Positions 38,776-52,600 of a stretch of 64,000 nt of DNA are shown in pieces; position 1 is the stretch's first letter, and every line of letters begins with the position of its first letter. The notes under the pieces were generated by a model, which was not told the DNA's origin, made no database searches, and was given only the letters and a program-made list of their open reading frames with translations. This DNA is from Octopus sinensis (lineage: Eukaryota). The stretch lies in the NCBI RefSeq assembly GCF_006345805.1, contig NC_043009.1, forward strand, positions 60,636,001 through 60,700,000, given 5' to 3'. The translations under genes and the position numbers were made by a program.

Positions 38776-38858
38776 TTTTCGACATATGTTTCGAAGGCTG
38801 CATATTCCTAATTGCGAAGGAATAAGGAGTACATTATGCCGCTTTCTCACCAGGAAAA
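38776..38858 (-). ncRNA. Hammerhead-like motif (A6G) in a pLTR fragment after (TA)n
   Basis: UUUUC-CUGGUGA-GAAAGC..GCCUUC-GAAA-CAUAUG-UC-GAAAA. Confidence 0.6.
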
Positions 38859-38997
38859 GCAAGGAACTTATGTCAACATCAAAATGCACAAAAAACTTTT
38901 AGATGATTGCTCAAATATTTATATATATATGTTCATCATCTTTTCAGTCTGCGGAGAAATGGTTAAAAATGTTCCGTTTATAATTATACCATATGTT

Positions 38998-39053
<56 letters not shown>

Positions 39054-39860
39054 TGTGTGTGTGCGTGTGTGTGTGCGTGTTACCAATTGTAACGGGTGTT
39101 GACGTTGCAGATGTGCAAGATGAAAAATCAACGATCGAAGTTGTAACAAATATTTATTTACAGTTGCATATTGGTATAAGCCAAGCCACGACGGGCTGGC
39201 ACGTCTAATATAAATCGTAAAGCATGCAAGGTAAAGAGAAATAACGTAGATTTTTCTTGCACAGGTGTATGCGTTCTCGTCATTCTAGCACCAGGTAAAA
39301 ATGCTTGATAGAGTGATGTTGTAGAGAAGAAAAATTGAGCTAGTGAGAGTGAGGGTGACGGGATGAGACAAATGCTTCGTTGGTGAGGTGCCATAGTTGG
39401 CCCCCTGTGCCGTTTCATTCAGAGACGGCGTTTCGTTCAGCCGGTCAGCCAACTCCCTTTTCTTATAATTTCTTTTATTCGGCACACAGGCCATGGCACA
39501 GATGGGACAGCGCAAGGACGATACAAAAAGCATTTAGGGGCTGGGGTTATACATTAGTTAAAAAATGAATACAATGAAATCGAAATGAATTTAAAAATTA
39601 CACGATGATAAATTTTTCGGGTTCGTGTTCGACCTGCCCGTTTTTTCCCCTTTTTTACTTTTTATAATATCCTTTTTTGTTTTTTTTTCTTCGGTTTTTT
39701 TCCCCTTCTTTTCCGTTCAGACTGGCTACACTAGCGCGGCCCCATTCACTCTCAACATCCTTACGACATTTGTCCATCTTTTCTCAAACTTTCTTTGAGG
39801 CGGGCACCTTTTCTCAAGACTGATCTTTCTGGACAGGTAGTAGTTAAAAAAACTAACCAA

Positions 39861-40272
39861 GGCGCAGGAGTGGCTGTGTGGTAAGTAGCTTGCCTACCAA
39901 CCACATGGTTCTGGGTTCAGTCCCACTGCGTGGTATCTTGGGCAAGTGTCTTCTGCTATAGCCTCGGGCCGACCAATGCCTTGTGAGTGGATTTGGTAGA
40001 CAGAAACTGAAAGAAGCCTGTCGTATATATGTATGTATATGTATGTATGTGTATGTATATGTTTGTGTGTCTGTGTTTGTCCCTCTAGCATTGCTTGACA
40101 ACCGATGCTGGTGTGTTTACGTCCCCGTCACTAAGCGGTTAGGCAAAAGAGACCGATAGAATAAGTACTGGGCTTACAAAGAATAAGTCCCGGGGTCGAT
40201 TTGCTCGACTAAAGGCGGTGCTCCAGCATGGCCGCAGTCAAATGACTGAAACAAGTTAATGAGTTAATGAGT
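39861..40272 (+). mobile_element. SINE family B, full length
   Basis: tRNA-like head ggcgcaggagtggctgtgtggtaag..gggttcagtccc, central (TA/TG)n and repeated tail. Other copies at ~27650, 31470, 32240, 34750, 43060, 44920, 53180 and 54920. Confidence 0.88.
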
Positions 40273-41649
40273 AACCCGTGTCCATCATCAAGATAGTGCC
40301 GCTTCCCTCCTTTAACAAAGAAAAAGAGGCGACATTTTTCTGCGTAATAGCCGTAAGGAAAGAGGCAGTATGGGTGATGCGTAGAAGAGGAATTGAAACA
40401 GGGAATGTCATTGCGATTTTGAAGCTAGAAAAAAACTTGTTTTGTTCGTCTGGAAAGCGACAAGATTAAATCAAAAGAGAATGAAGTCTAATCATATGAT
40501 ACACAAGATGGAGACATAACCTGGGATGGAAAACGCGAACAGATACTGTTACACATTCATATGTATGTGTTTGCGTATGCCAAACTACATCCCCACTCTT
40601 GGCACTATTTTGTTAGTGAACAGTGCAAACTGTGTGTAAAGTATATAATGTATCACTACGCTGAATGTCGTCGTCCGTGTAACATGTAAAGCAATAAACA
40701 CGTAATAATAACAATGGTTTTCATTTGGTTGTCTTTCCCATTAGAACCCAAACTACACATAACAGATACTGAATATTAAGAATGTGTCTTTTGCCTGGCG
40801 ACAGAAATGAACGGGAAGATTGCTAGCGCAGAGGGAAATTGGAAAAAGACTTTCGCTTGAGGAATTACAACCGTGTTTCGTGGTCTGCTACCACAACAGC
40901 TCCTTTATAGGATCCAGTTAGCTCAAGACATCATAAAGAAGGAACCACGTCCGGTTTTGGCCCCTACTCCTCTACCTTTATGACGTCCCCCCCCCTTTCA
41001 GAGGTGTTGGGTGCATGTCTTCTTTCTTCTTTCTTCCGTTCCCTGGCCTCTTTGATGTAGGGTCAACGAGTGTCAGCCGGCGACTGACTGACTTGTCAAA
41101 TTTTTTCCCTATTATTCTATCAAACATAATGCTTATTGATTCCCATTGATTTGAATTAATCATGCATTATCTCATATCTTCAAGATCTTGATGGTGTAAT
41201 TACTTAATGTAGAATAACATTGTAGGGTAGGTGTGAGAGCCTGGATCTGGTCAGTTTGAACATAAAACAGATTAACTATTTTGGCCGGATATAGCCGGTT
41301 TAAATACTAAAGAGTTAAATACCTTCTAGAACAACGAGAAGTGTTCGGTGCGTGGGATCAGAGTGAAACTTTGAGAGACAAAATCCACGTTAGAAAAGAG
41401 TAACGATCAGCAGCAACGGATGCGATGAAAGGGAGAGAAAACGATGACGGAGTCACATTGATATAAACAAAACTTTTGTTAATCAAAGATATGCCTGTAC
41501 GCCAAAAGGCCATGATAGCGAAGGAGGTTTGCGACAGTTAAGAGAAATGACAAAACCTCAGGCATAGTTATACGCATTTCATCAGCCAGCGTTTTATCCG
41601 GGTATGCCCCACTTCTGCATTACTTTCGGCAGTGTCCATGCTCGTATTC

Positions 41650-41700
<51 letters not shown>

Positions 41701-41869
41701 TGTGCGTATGTATATCATGCATTGATGTCAGCTACGTGCTACTGATGATATGCAGAGGTGCAGAAATCCCGGGTATAATGGTTCAACTGCTGCTGCTGCT
41801 TTGTTTGTTTGTTGAGCGAAGCGGTCTTCGTCCCAGAGTGGGAGAAGTCCGAAACGTGGTCCTTTGCTA

Positions 41870-42175
41870 TTCGTAAGACCCGTAGAAGAGAAAACAGGTC
41901 AACCCACCCGACACCGAGAGCATCGACAGATGGATGAATGCGCATCCAGGCTCAGCGGTTGCGTAGGTAGTCGGGGACAAGAAACAGGAAGAAAGAGTGG
42001 GAGAAAGTTGGAGCGAAAGAGTACAACAGGGGTCGCCACCATCCCCTGCCGGAGCCTCGTGGAGCTTTAGGTGTTTTCGCTCAAGAAACACACACAACGC
42101 CCGGTCTGGGAATCGAAACCGCGATCCTCCGACCGCTGGTCCGCTGTCCTAACCACTGGGCCATTGCTCCTCCAC
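41870..42175 (-). mobile_element. SINE family C head with an alternative 3' tail
   Basis: Matches family C from the head to the gaaacaggaagaaagagt block, then diverges. Confidence 0.75.
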
Positions 42176-43880
42176 TGCTGTTGCTGCTGGGTGAGTTTCG
42201 TTTGCTGATGATACTTCTACGCATTTTAGTACTATGCGTCTATGAGGAATGCTTCCTCGAGACATTGTAGCTTTCTTGCAGTAAACCCACATTAAGGAAG
42301 ATATACAGATTACTCTTCACGCACATTTACAGACACACGCACGCACACACACACACACACACACATACACACCCGCATCCAAACACACGTCTCTCATATA
42401 CATGCACATTAGGGGGTAGAGGGCAGACAGTAAATTAAACATTAATTTGGCAGACCTCGACCTACAACAGCCATAACTGATCTCTGTGCCTTTTACAATA
42501 TAATTACTTTTGTTTTATTAGCCAACACTTTCTACACACACACACACATACACACACACACACACACACGTGAGCTCGTACACTAAACGTTTCGTCTGAT
42601 TTATTAGATTCTGAATAATGAGAAAATAAGGTTACCTTTTTTAAAGATTTTCTTTATATATCTTTTATTTTATGATCATCTCGTTTTCTATAATTTGCTG
42701 GTTTTTTGTTGGTTTGTTTTCTTTTCTTTTGTCGTCGTATATTTGTCAAAATCTCTAGATGAAATCTCTCTCTATACAATAACCATTACCATCTCATACA
42801 ATGTAATCCTGCTGAGTTAAAACCTGTTTCATTTGTTGACCTAACTCTTTCTTATTTTCCCTATCTGTAACAGCTGCATGTTCTTATGACAATCTTCGAT
42901 TTCACCGGCGCCGACACGAGCATGGCATTAAACCTGAAGCTTCTTCTTCTTTGAATTTCATCTTTTTTCTTAAATTTTCAATTTCACAATATTCCTGTTT
43001 ATTCTTCCCATTCTTCCACCGCTGCAAAACCAAGAACAAACACAAAAGAATCCTTATCTTGGCAGTTCAGCAAAAGAGACCGATAGAATGAGTCTCAGAC
43101 TTCACAAAAACATAAAATAAGCACTAGGGTTGATTTGTTTGACTAAAATTCTTAAAGGGTGTGCCCCAGCATGGCCACAGTCCAATGACTGAAACAAGTA
43201 AAAGAATAAAAGATCGTTTATTTTTTACTTGTTTCAGTCATTGGACTACGGCCATGCTAGAGCAATTCCCTGAAGGGTTTAGTCAAACAAATCAACCCTA
43301 GTACTTATTCTAGTGAATGCACGTGTGGCTTAGTGGTTAGGGTGTTCGGCCCATGGTCGTTAGGTCGTGAGTTCGATTCCTTGTAACAAGACGCTCAATT
43401 TGCGTTGTTCCTGTTCATTCAAATGGTAAAAAATGAGTTGTACCTGTAATTCAAAGGGGCCAGCCTTGTCACATTGGGTGTCACACTGAATCTTCCTGAG
43501 ATCTGCGGAGTACTCAGCCAAATTGCACGTGAATTTCACGAGCAGGCAGTTCCATCGATCGGATCACCTGCATCACTCGTCGCTGTAATCAGTGAAGTGT
43601 CAGTCCCACATGTATTTTGTCAGTCTCATCTGCTGAATCTTCAGGTGACCAGGGCTGTTGCCAAGCGGCGGTGAGGGAGAAACACAAAGATGCACACACA
43701 CATACATGTATACGTTCATATTTACAGGCACACACATACATACATGTACATATATTTGCTTATCTCAGCCTAACGAATACATGTTAGGCCTAATGAGCTA
43801 CGCTTATTATACGATCCCACAAAACTTTAAATTGCATGGAGCTGACTTTATAATCCATGGTGCTGTTATCAAATTAAAAA

Positions 43881-43929
<49 letters not shown>

Positions 43930-44129
43930 TGTGTGTATGTGTGTGTGTGTGTGTGTGTGCGTGCGTGCGTGTGTGTGAGTGAGTGTGTATCGTAAGTAAA
44001 TCATAAATCCGAAAGAGAAGCACACTCTAAGTTATATTAGAAGGAGAAAAGACCTCGTTTCTAATTGTTGAGTACACAGGCAAAGGAGAAGGATTAAGCG
44101 TAAGGAATCGTCTTCCTTAGACTGCTATT

Positions 44130-44420
44130 CGTAGTCGACGTAGTTTGCTTGTGGGCTCCAGGACTTCAGTATGAATTTCCTTGAGTGTAAGCAGGGTCTG
44201 AAGACCTCCGTCCTGGAATTTAAGATGCTCCCCGATTGCAACGCTTGTTCCCATTGATGTAGGATCTTCCATGAGATTACGTGTGGGGTTCTTTCGTCCT
44301 TCAAGCGCCACACATGACTGACCAAAGACGTCTTTCCGGGATCCTGATCGAGGATCTGTGATTGGAGAGGCGTTGCTTGAAGGTGTTTTCGAAACATCTG
44401 ATGTATCTTTGTATACTGAT
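44130..44420 (-). mobile_element. Second Penelope-like GIY-YIG endonuclease fragment
   Basis: RYIRCFENTFKQRLSNHRSS / KTSLVSHVWRLKDERTPHVISWKIL / ILNSRTEVFRPCLH parallels the 23.1-23.4 kb endonuclease. Confidence 0.7.
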
Positions 44421-44855
44421 GCTGGCGATGCTACTTCTGTTGATGTTGACGCTGCTACTTCCGCTGTTGGTGTTGGCGTCGTTAATGCTGGCATAGGGGA
44501 CATCGTCGGACCAAAGTAGAAGTCATTTTCTCAAGGTGCCATTGCGCAGAGGGACTGAACCTGACACTAAACGCTTGCGAACTGAGATTCTTAACTGCAT
44601 AGCTACATCTGCACCTATAAAGAAAATTATCCCTTCATAGTCACACTTCCATTTATAGGAAGCCCATTACATTCAAACTATTTCTTTTCTTTCAGCTTTC
44701 CACATAATTTATGTATTCCTTTGTACGCTGTCTGTTGCCACAGATGGTTTCCAGTTTTGACACGGACACTTTTGCTATCTTACCATCTTTTGTTTTATTA
44801 ACGCCCTTCTGCAGGCGATATTGAGATAATATCAAACATTATTTTATATATGTGA

Positions 44856-44912
<57 letters not shown>

Positions 44913-46398
44913 GGCCTGCACGTAGGAGTGGCTGTGTGGAAACTGAAAGAATCACGTCAGACACAGGAGTGGCTGTGTGGTAAGTAGCTTGCTTACCAAC
45001 CATATGGTTCCGGGTTCAGTCTTACTGCATGGTATCTTGAGCAAGTATCTTCTACTATAGCCTCGGGCTTTGTGAGTGGATTTGGTAGACGGAAACTGAA
45101 AGAAGCCTATCGTATATATGTGTATGTGCATATGTTTGTGTGTCTGTGTTTACTTAGCGGTTCGGCAAAAGAGGCCAAAAGACTAAGTACTAGGCTTATA
45201 AAGAATAAGTCCTGTGGTCGATTTGTTCGACTAAAGGCGTTGCTCCAGCATGGCCGCAGTCAAATGACTGAAACTAGTAAAAGAATAAAAGAATATATAT
45301 ATATATATAAAATGGCGGTGCCCCAGCATGGCCACAGCTTGTGAGCTGAAACTAAATAAAATAAAAATAAAAAATAAATAAATAAATTAGTATAAAAAGG
45401 AAATCGAATGAAAACAGACATGGCGGGTCGTTAGACCAGAACAAAAGGAGAATAGTGAACACTGGGAGAGACATTTTTTGAAATGGGAAAAGATAGAAGA
45501 GAGAGAGAAAAAATACGTCCAGTCGTTTAGACATCTGAGCAGGAAAAGAAAGATAGTCACGTGAGGAAAAGAAGGATGGACAATGGTCACGTATGAGCAA
45601 TGAGAAAGAGAGAGAGAGAGAAAAAAGAAAGAGGAGAGACAGACAGACAGATAGAAAATGGTGAAGGAGGGAGGAAAGAAATGGAATTAGAGAAGGTTGG
45701 AGGAAGAAGGAAGCAAAGATGAGAGGAAGAAAACAATACAGAGTAGAGAGTCCTTGGCAGAATTTGAACTGAGAACATAGCGACAGACAAAATACCACAA
45801 GAATATAGGTCTTGAACTAAAGACAAACCTTGATGTATCAGTAAGATCTGTGTACCATTATTTGTCTTACTTGACCATAAGCCGATATCTTTTAAGTTCA
45901 TAACCAGAATTTCTTCTTTGTCACACATCCTCCACCATTTGAAGCTGCCTGAATTTGAAGGATCAGATGAACTTTGTTAGGGTTCGAATTTGGAAACTGT
46001 TTCAATGGCAGTTAAAGTTGTTTCTTCACGATTAAGATATTACAGGAGTTTTTTTTTCTTTTTTTAATACTTTCTCCCTAGCCTTTTGTTTTTCTAGATG
46101 TATCATTCTGTTCTGTACTCTTCAGTCATCAGTAAATATATCGGCAAATGAAAAAAAAAAAAAGAATTAATTTATAATAATTAGACTAATAATTAACTGC
46201 TTTAATCTCCAATTTCAATTTGAAAAATAAGAATTGACAGAACCTACTTTGCGGCATTCATCCGGCTGAGATCATTTTTGCTTTTTTTTCCTTTTGAGGG
46301 CAATAAAATAAAATACTTATCAAATACTGGAATTGATGCTGTCGACTAAACAACCCCTTCCCTTAAAACTGCTGTCCTTAGATATAACTAAACATTTA

Positions 46399-46770
46399 CG
46401 TGGAGGCACATGGACTTGTGGTCAAGGGATCGTGGGTTCGAATCTCAGACCGAGCAATGTGTGTGTTTATGAGCGAAACACTTAAGATCCACATGGCTCC
46501 GGCAGAAGGTAATGGCGAACTTCTATAACTAAACATTTACGTGGAGGCACATGGACTTGTGGTCAAGGGATCGTGGGTTCGAATCTCAGACCGGGCAATT
46601 GTGTGTGTTTATGAGCGAAACACTTAAGATCCACATGGCTCTGGCAGAAGGTAATGGCGAACTTCTGCTGACTCTTTCGCCATAACTTTCTCTTTCTCTC
46701 TTTCCTCCTGCATCTAGCAGCTCACCTGAGATGGACTGGCATCCCGTCCAGGTGGGGAACCTATATGCAT
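46399..46770 (+). mobile_element. Chimeric SINE (family C-like head duplicated in tandem, family D-like tail)
   Basis: ~140-bp tandem duplication of the head, then tail gatggactggcatcccgtccaggtggggaac. Confidence 0.7.
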
Positions 46771-47029
46771 CAGGTGTTGAAGTGATTGCAGAACAATGTG
46801 AGATTTAATGTTTTGCTCAAGAACACAACACACCACCTGGTCTAGGAATTGAAACCATGATTTCACGATATTGAGTGCCATGCCGTATTCACTGGGCCAT
46901 GCATACTTGACAGAAGTATAATAATGAGCTAGAAAAGCTCGGATGGACAAAGTCAGATGATCAATCAGTACTTGAAACTATTGGTAAGTGGTTGTTCTTT
47001 TTGGATGTGGATGGACCAACTGTTATCTC

Positions 47030-47031
47030 AG

Positions 47032-47062
<31 letters not shown>

Positions 47063-47625
47063 GTCATCGTTTAACGTCCATTTTCCGTGCTAGCACGGGT
47101 TGGACAGGGGTCTGGGAAGCCAGGAGGTTGCACCAGGCTCCAGTCTGATCTGGCAATGTTTCTACAGCTGGATGCCCTTCCTAACGCCAACCATTCCGTG
47201 AGTGTAGTGGGTGTCTTTTACGTGCCACCAACACAGGTGCCAGGGGAGGCTGGCAGCGACCACGATCGGTTGGTGCTTTTTACGTGCCACAGGCACAGAA
47301 GCCAGTCAAGGCGGCGCTGGCATCGCCCACGTTCGGATGGCACTTTTTACGTGCCGCCAGCACAGGTATCACAACTACAATTTCCATTTGATATTTATTT
47401 TGATGTTGATGTTGATGTACTTGACTCAGCAGGTCACCCTACGATCGAAGGTAAGCACAGCAGGTCGTTCTGCAATCCAAGGTACTTTGGATGGGCTGGG
47501 GCTATGCGAAACTGGTGCAGGAAACAGCTATGAACTCACATTATTTGTCGGGTCTTTGCAGTCACAACATATCTCCAGAGATCTCGGTCTTTCGTCATTG
47601 CCTCTGTGAGGCCCAACGTTCGAAT
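47030..47625 (-). mobile_element. RTE LINE 3' end (ORF end plus 3' UTR with internal subrepeats and (GAT)n tail)
   Basis: RTLGLTEAMTKDRDLWRYVV then UTR. Sister UTR copies at ~49550-50127, 50950-51217, 51745-51890 and 62943-63360. Confidence 0.8.
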
Positions 47626-47721
47626 GTCTGAGGTTTATAATTAAGTTTGGGTTAATTTACTAAATGTACTGAACCAAAACTAGGTTATGCAGTCAATGGA
47701 GACTAAGTCTAGCTGTGTTAT

Positions 47722-47929
47722 TGTTATGTCGCACGTTCTATTTCTTTATTTGTTATGTCGCACGTTCGAATGCCTCTACTACTCAACCTCGACTCTCTAC
47801 TGCTACTCTCATCCTCTACTCTGTTCTACTACTCCGACAGCTACTACTACTCCTCGATGTCTAGACTTCTCCCTCTATATCTACGTTTTGGGCTAGTCTA
47901 CTTCATCGTCTGGGGGCGTCCACACAACA
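47722..47929 (-). mobile_element. Solo LTR
   Basis: TGTT..AACA termini, 5-bp TSD GTTAT (47717-47721 and 47930-47934) and AATAAA on the minus strand. Confidence 0.7.
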
Positions 47930-48225
47930 GTTATGTAATCAACATGAATTAATTGATACTAGTTGTATGATCAATATAGTTGATTGATGTTAGACTGACA
48001 AACTGAAGTGCTTCTGATAAATTGATGTTTTGTTGTTTTTTATTCATTTGCCTAGTGTTTTTTTTTGGGGGGGGGGGGTTATTTTAACCTTTTGAGATTT
48101 CACTCCATGATAATATTAAAGGATTGGATTAATATCTCAGTCAACCACTGTAATTTGTATTAACAGCAGGCCTTCTGTTACTTTCGCTGTTTAGTTTTGT
48201 ATATCGCTTGTTGATTTATAAATGA

Positions 48226-48611
48226 CTAGCAGTATCGCCCGGCGTTGCTCAGGTTTGTAAGGGAAATAACTATAAAGCATTTTCAGAGAGTTATAGCCAA
48301 AAAATAGCAAAAAAATGGAAAAAAAATGATGGTAAATTTTTTTTTGAGAGTAAAAAAAGGTTGAGTTGCGTCCCCTAGACAGTCTGTGGTTTGTTTTTTT
48401 TTATTCTCGACCCATGTCGAATTTATCGATTTTTTTCAGAACTGGGGGAACTTTTCAAAATTTTCGCTGCGTTAGTTTTGAATTATGACATTGGGCTATG
48501 TGTGTGTCAAGTTTCATCAGAATCGGTTGAAAGCCGTGGTCAGGGTGAGGGTACGAGAAAACAGACACACAGAAACACGCACAGACAAACTGCCGTTTAT
48601 ATAGAGAGAGA
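48226..48611 (-). mobile_element. Non-autonomous Helitron copy 4
   Basis: Same 3' hairpin/CTAG end and TC 5' end. Confidence 0.8.
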
Positions 48612-49019
48612 TAAAAATACTTATATATGACTCGATAGTGAGAATAATTCAATAGGAATAGGGCAGGCAATAAAATGTTCATAATCTGTTGAAATAATCT
48701 TTAATCTGATAACAGAGGTGTTTCAGTAGCATGCTTAAGGCAGCAAGATAGGAGAATTGTCAACAAATCAGACAAAATGCTTCCACTTTTATCGGTCCAA
48801 GGTTCAAATTCTGCTGAGGTCAACTTTGCCTTTCATCCTTTCAAGAGTCAATAAAATAAGTACCAGTTGAACATTAGGATCGGCTTAAACTCTCCCTTAA
48901 AATTGCTGGCCTTGTGTAAAAAAATTTGAAAACCATATTATAAGTATACTTAATTAACACTATTTCTTTTATATCCTTCCACAGGTTGGTATATATAAAA
49001 TTAGACAGCAGAGGTTTAA

Positions 49020-49245
49020 CCCTTTCGTTACTGTATTTATTTTGAGATGCTCTGTGTTTAGTTCTATTACTTTAAATATAACAAAGAATTTAATAAAATA
49101 ACTTAGTTATCATTCAGCTAGTGTTAAGAGCATAAATTGTGACTAAGGTTTGGTGGAAGATTTTAATTTAAAACTTATGAAAACAAGACATTTATACTCA
49201 GAGTCAGAGCCAGAGCCAGTTTCAGCCAGGTTGGTAACGAAAGGG
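49020..49245. mobile_element. piggyBac-type MITE
   Basis: TIRs ccctttcgttac / gtaacgaaaggg with TTAA on both sides. Confidence 0.85.
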
Positions 49246-50088
49246 TTAATCAATGTGTTCACAAGACATTCTTTGCAAGACTACCAAAGCACTCCCCCAC
49301 CCCAACAGCTACCAACCACTGCTCTTTATAATAGTCCGGCTAGTCCATTCTTCCAATCCCCCAGTATTGTCAATGACTCTCACAACAGTTTCATTCATTT
49401 TTATCACAATGTAGCAAGGCAAAGGTTAAAAATTCACTGTCACACTATCAAAAATTAAAGGCAAATTTTTGATGATACACTGTCAAATGCACGTACAAAA
49501 AATGTTGCTTATATTTTCCGGTTAAGGTACTGGAAAATACCCTTAACCGAGAGGCAAGTGAAATCAAAATCAAATTCGAAGACTGGCATCCGTGCTAGCA
49601 GGGTGCAAAGAGCACCATACAAGGATGATCGTTGACAGAGCGGCTAAACGGCTTCCGTGCCTGTGGTACATAAAAGGGTATCTTTCGAGTGTGATCGTTA
49701 CCAGTGTCGCCTTACTGGCACTTGTGCCCATGCTAGTAGGGTGCCAAGAGCACCATCCGAGCTTGATCATTGCCAGAGCAGCCAACTGGCTCTGTGCCGG
49801 TGGCATGTAAAAGGGCACCATTCGAGCGTGATCGTTACCAACATCACCTTACTGGCACCTGTGCTGGTGGCATGTGTAAAAAGATTCAAGCGAGGTCATT
49901 GCCAGTACCACCTGACTGACCCCGTGCTGGTGGCACGTAAAAAGCACCCACTACACTCTAGGAGTGGTTGGCATTAGGAAGGGCATCCAGCTGTAGAAAC
50001 TCTGCCAGATCAAGATTGGAGCCTAGTGCGGCTGTCTGGTTCGCCAGCCCTCAGTCAAAATCGCTAGCATGGAAAGCGGACGTTAAAC

Positions 50089-50130
<42 letters not shown>

Positions 50131-52144
50131 AAAAAGTAAATAATAGACATTTGATGAAATACAATCATTGAATTTCTTTTATCTTTAATAAGTTGTAGAA
50201 AGAAAATTTTATTGACGGAATTGTGCTTGACTCAGCTTCTAAATTCTCAACAGCTTGTATTGGTTGATTTTTGTTCTTATAATTTCAACAGCGGAAATAT
50301 GCAGCTGTTAAGCCAAGTCTTATTTGCTGAGTTTTAGTTAACAGAAATTGTTGCTAGCAGGTTTTCTCCCTCTTTTCCTAACTGCAATTCCAAAACAAAG
50401 TAATAATAAAAATAAAGAATTGCTACGTGTTTCTTAAAATTAGATTCAAGAGTAGGGCTCACTAGACAACACTGTCAACATTGAACAGACACTGGTTTTA
50501 TTACTGTTGTTATTATTATTTGTATTATTTATATTTTTTGTTATTATTTGTATTTCTTTCTAACCTGCGTTAGTGGAGGATAGAATGTTTTTTCACGTGC
50601 CACCCACACAAGTGCTAGTAAGGCGATGCAGGTAACGTTCATGCTCAAATGGTGTTTTTAACGTGCCATCGGTATGGCGGCCAGTTTGTTGCTCTGGCCA
50701 CAATCTCACTCGTATGGTACTTTTAGTGCTCCACTAGCACGGATGCCAGTCAAGGAAAATAGAATAGAATATAAGAACTAGGGTCAATTCATTTAACTAA
50801 AACAATTTCTTCAAAGTGGTGCTCCAGCATGACCGTGGTCTAATGACTGAAACAAGTAAAAGATGAGAAATGATAAAAGATATAGATAAAAATGTAATGC
50901 TAAATCAGTCATGGACAAACTGTGGCCTGTGGGACTTTTTGAATGACTCACCTGACAGAAAAAAATTACCTTGAGTAGTGCAGCCAACCTGATTATGATC
51001 CATGTCCATATAAAAAGCACCCACTACACTCTTGGAGGGATTGGTGCTAGGAAGGGCATCCAGCTGTAGAAACCATGTCAAATCAGATTAGAGCCTGGTG
51101 CGGCTCCCCCCCCCCGGCTTACCAGCTTTCAGTCAAACCGTCCAACCCATGCCAGCATGGAAAAAATGGATGTTAAATGATGAAGGTGATGGTGGTGGTG
51201 GTGGTGGTGGTGGTGATGTTTCATGTGGCCCAATTCTTGAAGAAGGTTACTCATACCTGTGTTAAATAGCAGTGTGACACAATACAGAACGATGTGTAAG
51301 ACACCTGCAGAGTTTGGTGAGAAATAAGGCAAATGTGGTTCGTTAGAGGCAAGATTATGAGGTTTCTTACGCTGCAGCTGGAGATATCAGGAGCATTAAA
51401 TGAAATGTCAAAAAACAAACAACTGCAATTGTATGGATATAGGACTTAAAAAGATAACAAATATTTAGTTAAAAACTTTTGTGTTTATGACAGTGAAGCA
51501 TAGTTGTGTAAGAAAGAAATCCAAGAAAACAAAATGTAAACAAAAAATACCTGACAAAAATAAGTCAGCCTGGTTAATGGCATGTGTTTGAGCAACATAG
51601 ACGAATACAGGTATATCAAATACCATACAACATAAATTTTTGATTTATGGATGTTTTCAATCTAGTTTGAATTCTTTCCCATCAAATTTGTTTGCAAAGA
51701 ATCCAAACTAGATTGAAAACATCTATATTAAAATTATCTCTGTTGAGTGGTTGGTGGTTGGAAAGGCATCCAGCTGTAAAAATCCTCCCAAAACAGTCAC
51801 AGAAGTCTGATGCAGGCTTCGGCTTGGCTGGCTCTGGTGGTGCCATCCCATCCATGCCAGCATGGAACACAGACATTAAATGATGATGATGGTGGTGGTG
51901 GTGGTGGTGGTAGTGATGATGATGATCGTCATTATCATCATAATGATGATGATCATCATCATGGTCATCATGGTCATCATCTCTGACTTTTTAGGATATG
52001 TTGTGATATTACCAAATGACAATTATGACTAGCTCCGCTTCAGAAGAGGAGATAATGTCAATAATCAAGGGGAGATAACATCAGTAATTCTCCAGAATTT
52101 TTCTGGAACAGAACATACATTATAGTCTGGAGATAAAAAGGTAA

Positions 52145-52187
52145 TCGTGGACACATGTTTCTGCCTCATTAACCATCATCAGCACAA
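52145..52187 (-). ncRNA. Minimal hammerhead-like motif
   Basis: UUGUG-CUGAUGA-UG..CA-GAAA-CAUGUG-UC-CACGA; stem II is weak. Confidence 0.5.
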
Positions 52188-52564
52188 CAATGGTCTGACC
52201 TTATATCCAGCAGCCAAATTAATTAGACTTATGCAAAAGTGGTAGGACACATTTAGCACCTAAGGTAATTTGCATAATTTAAGCAAAAATGATGTTTTAA
52301 GAAAAATAGTTTAGAGTAGTCAGTAGCATGGATTTAAACAGAATATCTATGGTAAAACCTAACCCCAGGGAGTTGGGCTTCACGGGTGAAAAGACAAGGA
52401 ATTGAATAGAAATGGAGATATGCTCTACGGCAGAAACTCTCCCAGTATTGTAAAATGTTCGTTAAAAGGTTAATGATGATTATAATTATGAGGAACAGGA
52501 TAATGGTGTTGATAGTGGGGTAGTTGCTAATGTTATTCAATATCAAATACATTCAATTATAGAA

Positions 52565-52600
<36 letters not shown>

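Noticed and set aside
40547-40713. TG..CA segment with AATAAA resembling a solo LTR
   Set aside because: No matching target-site duplication.
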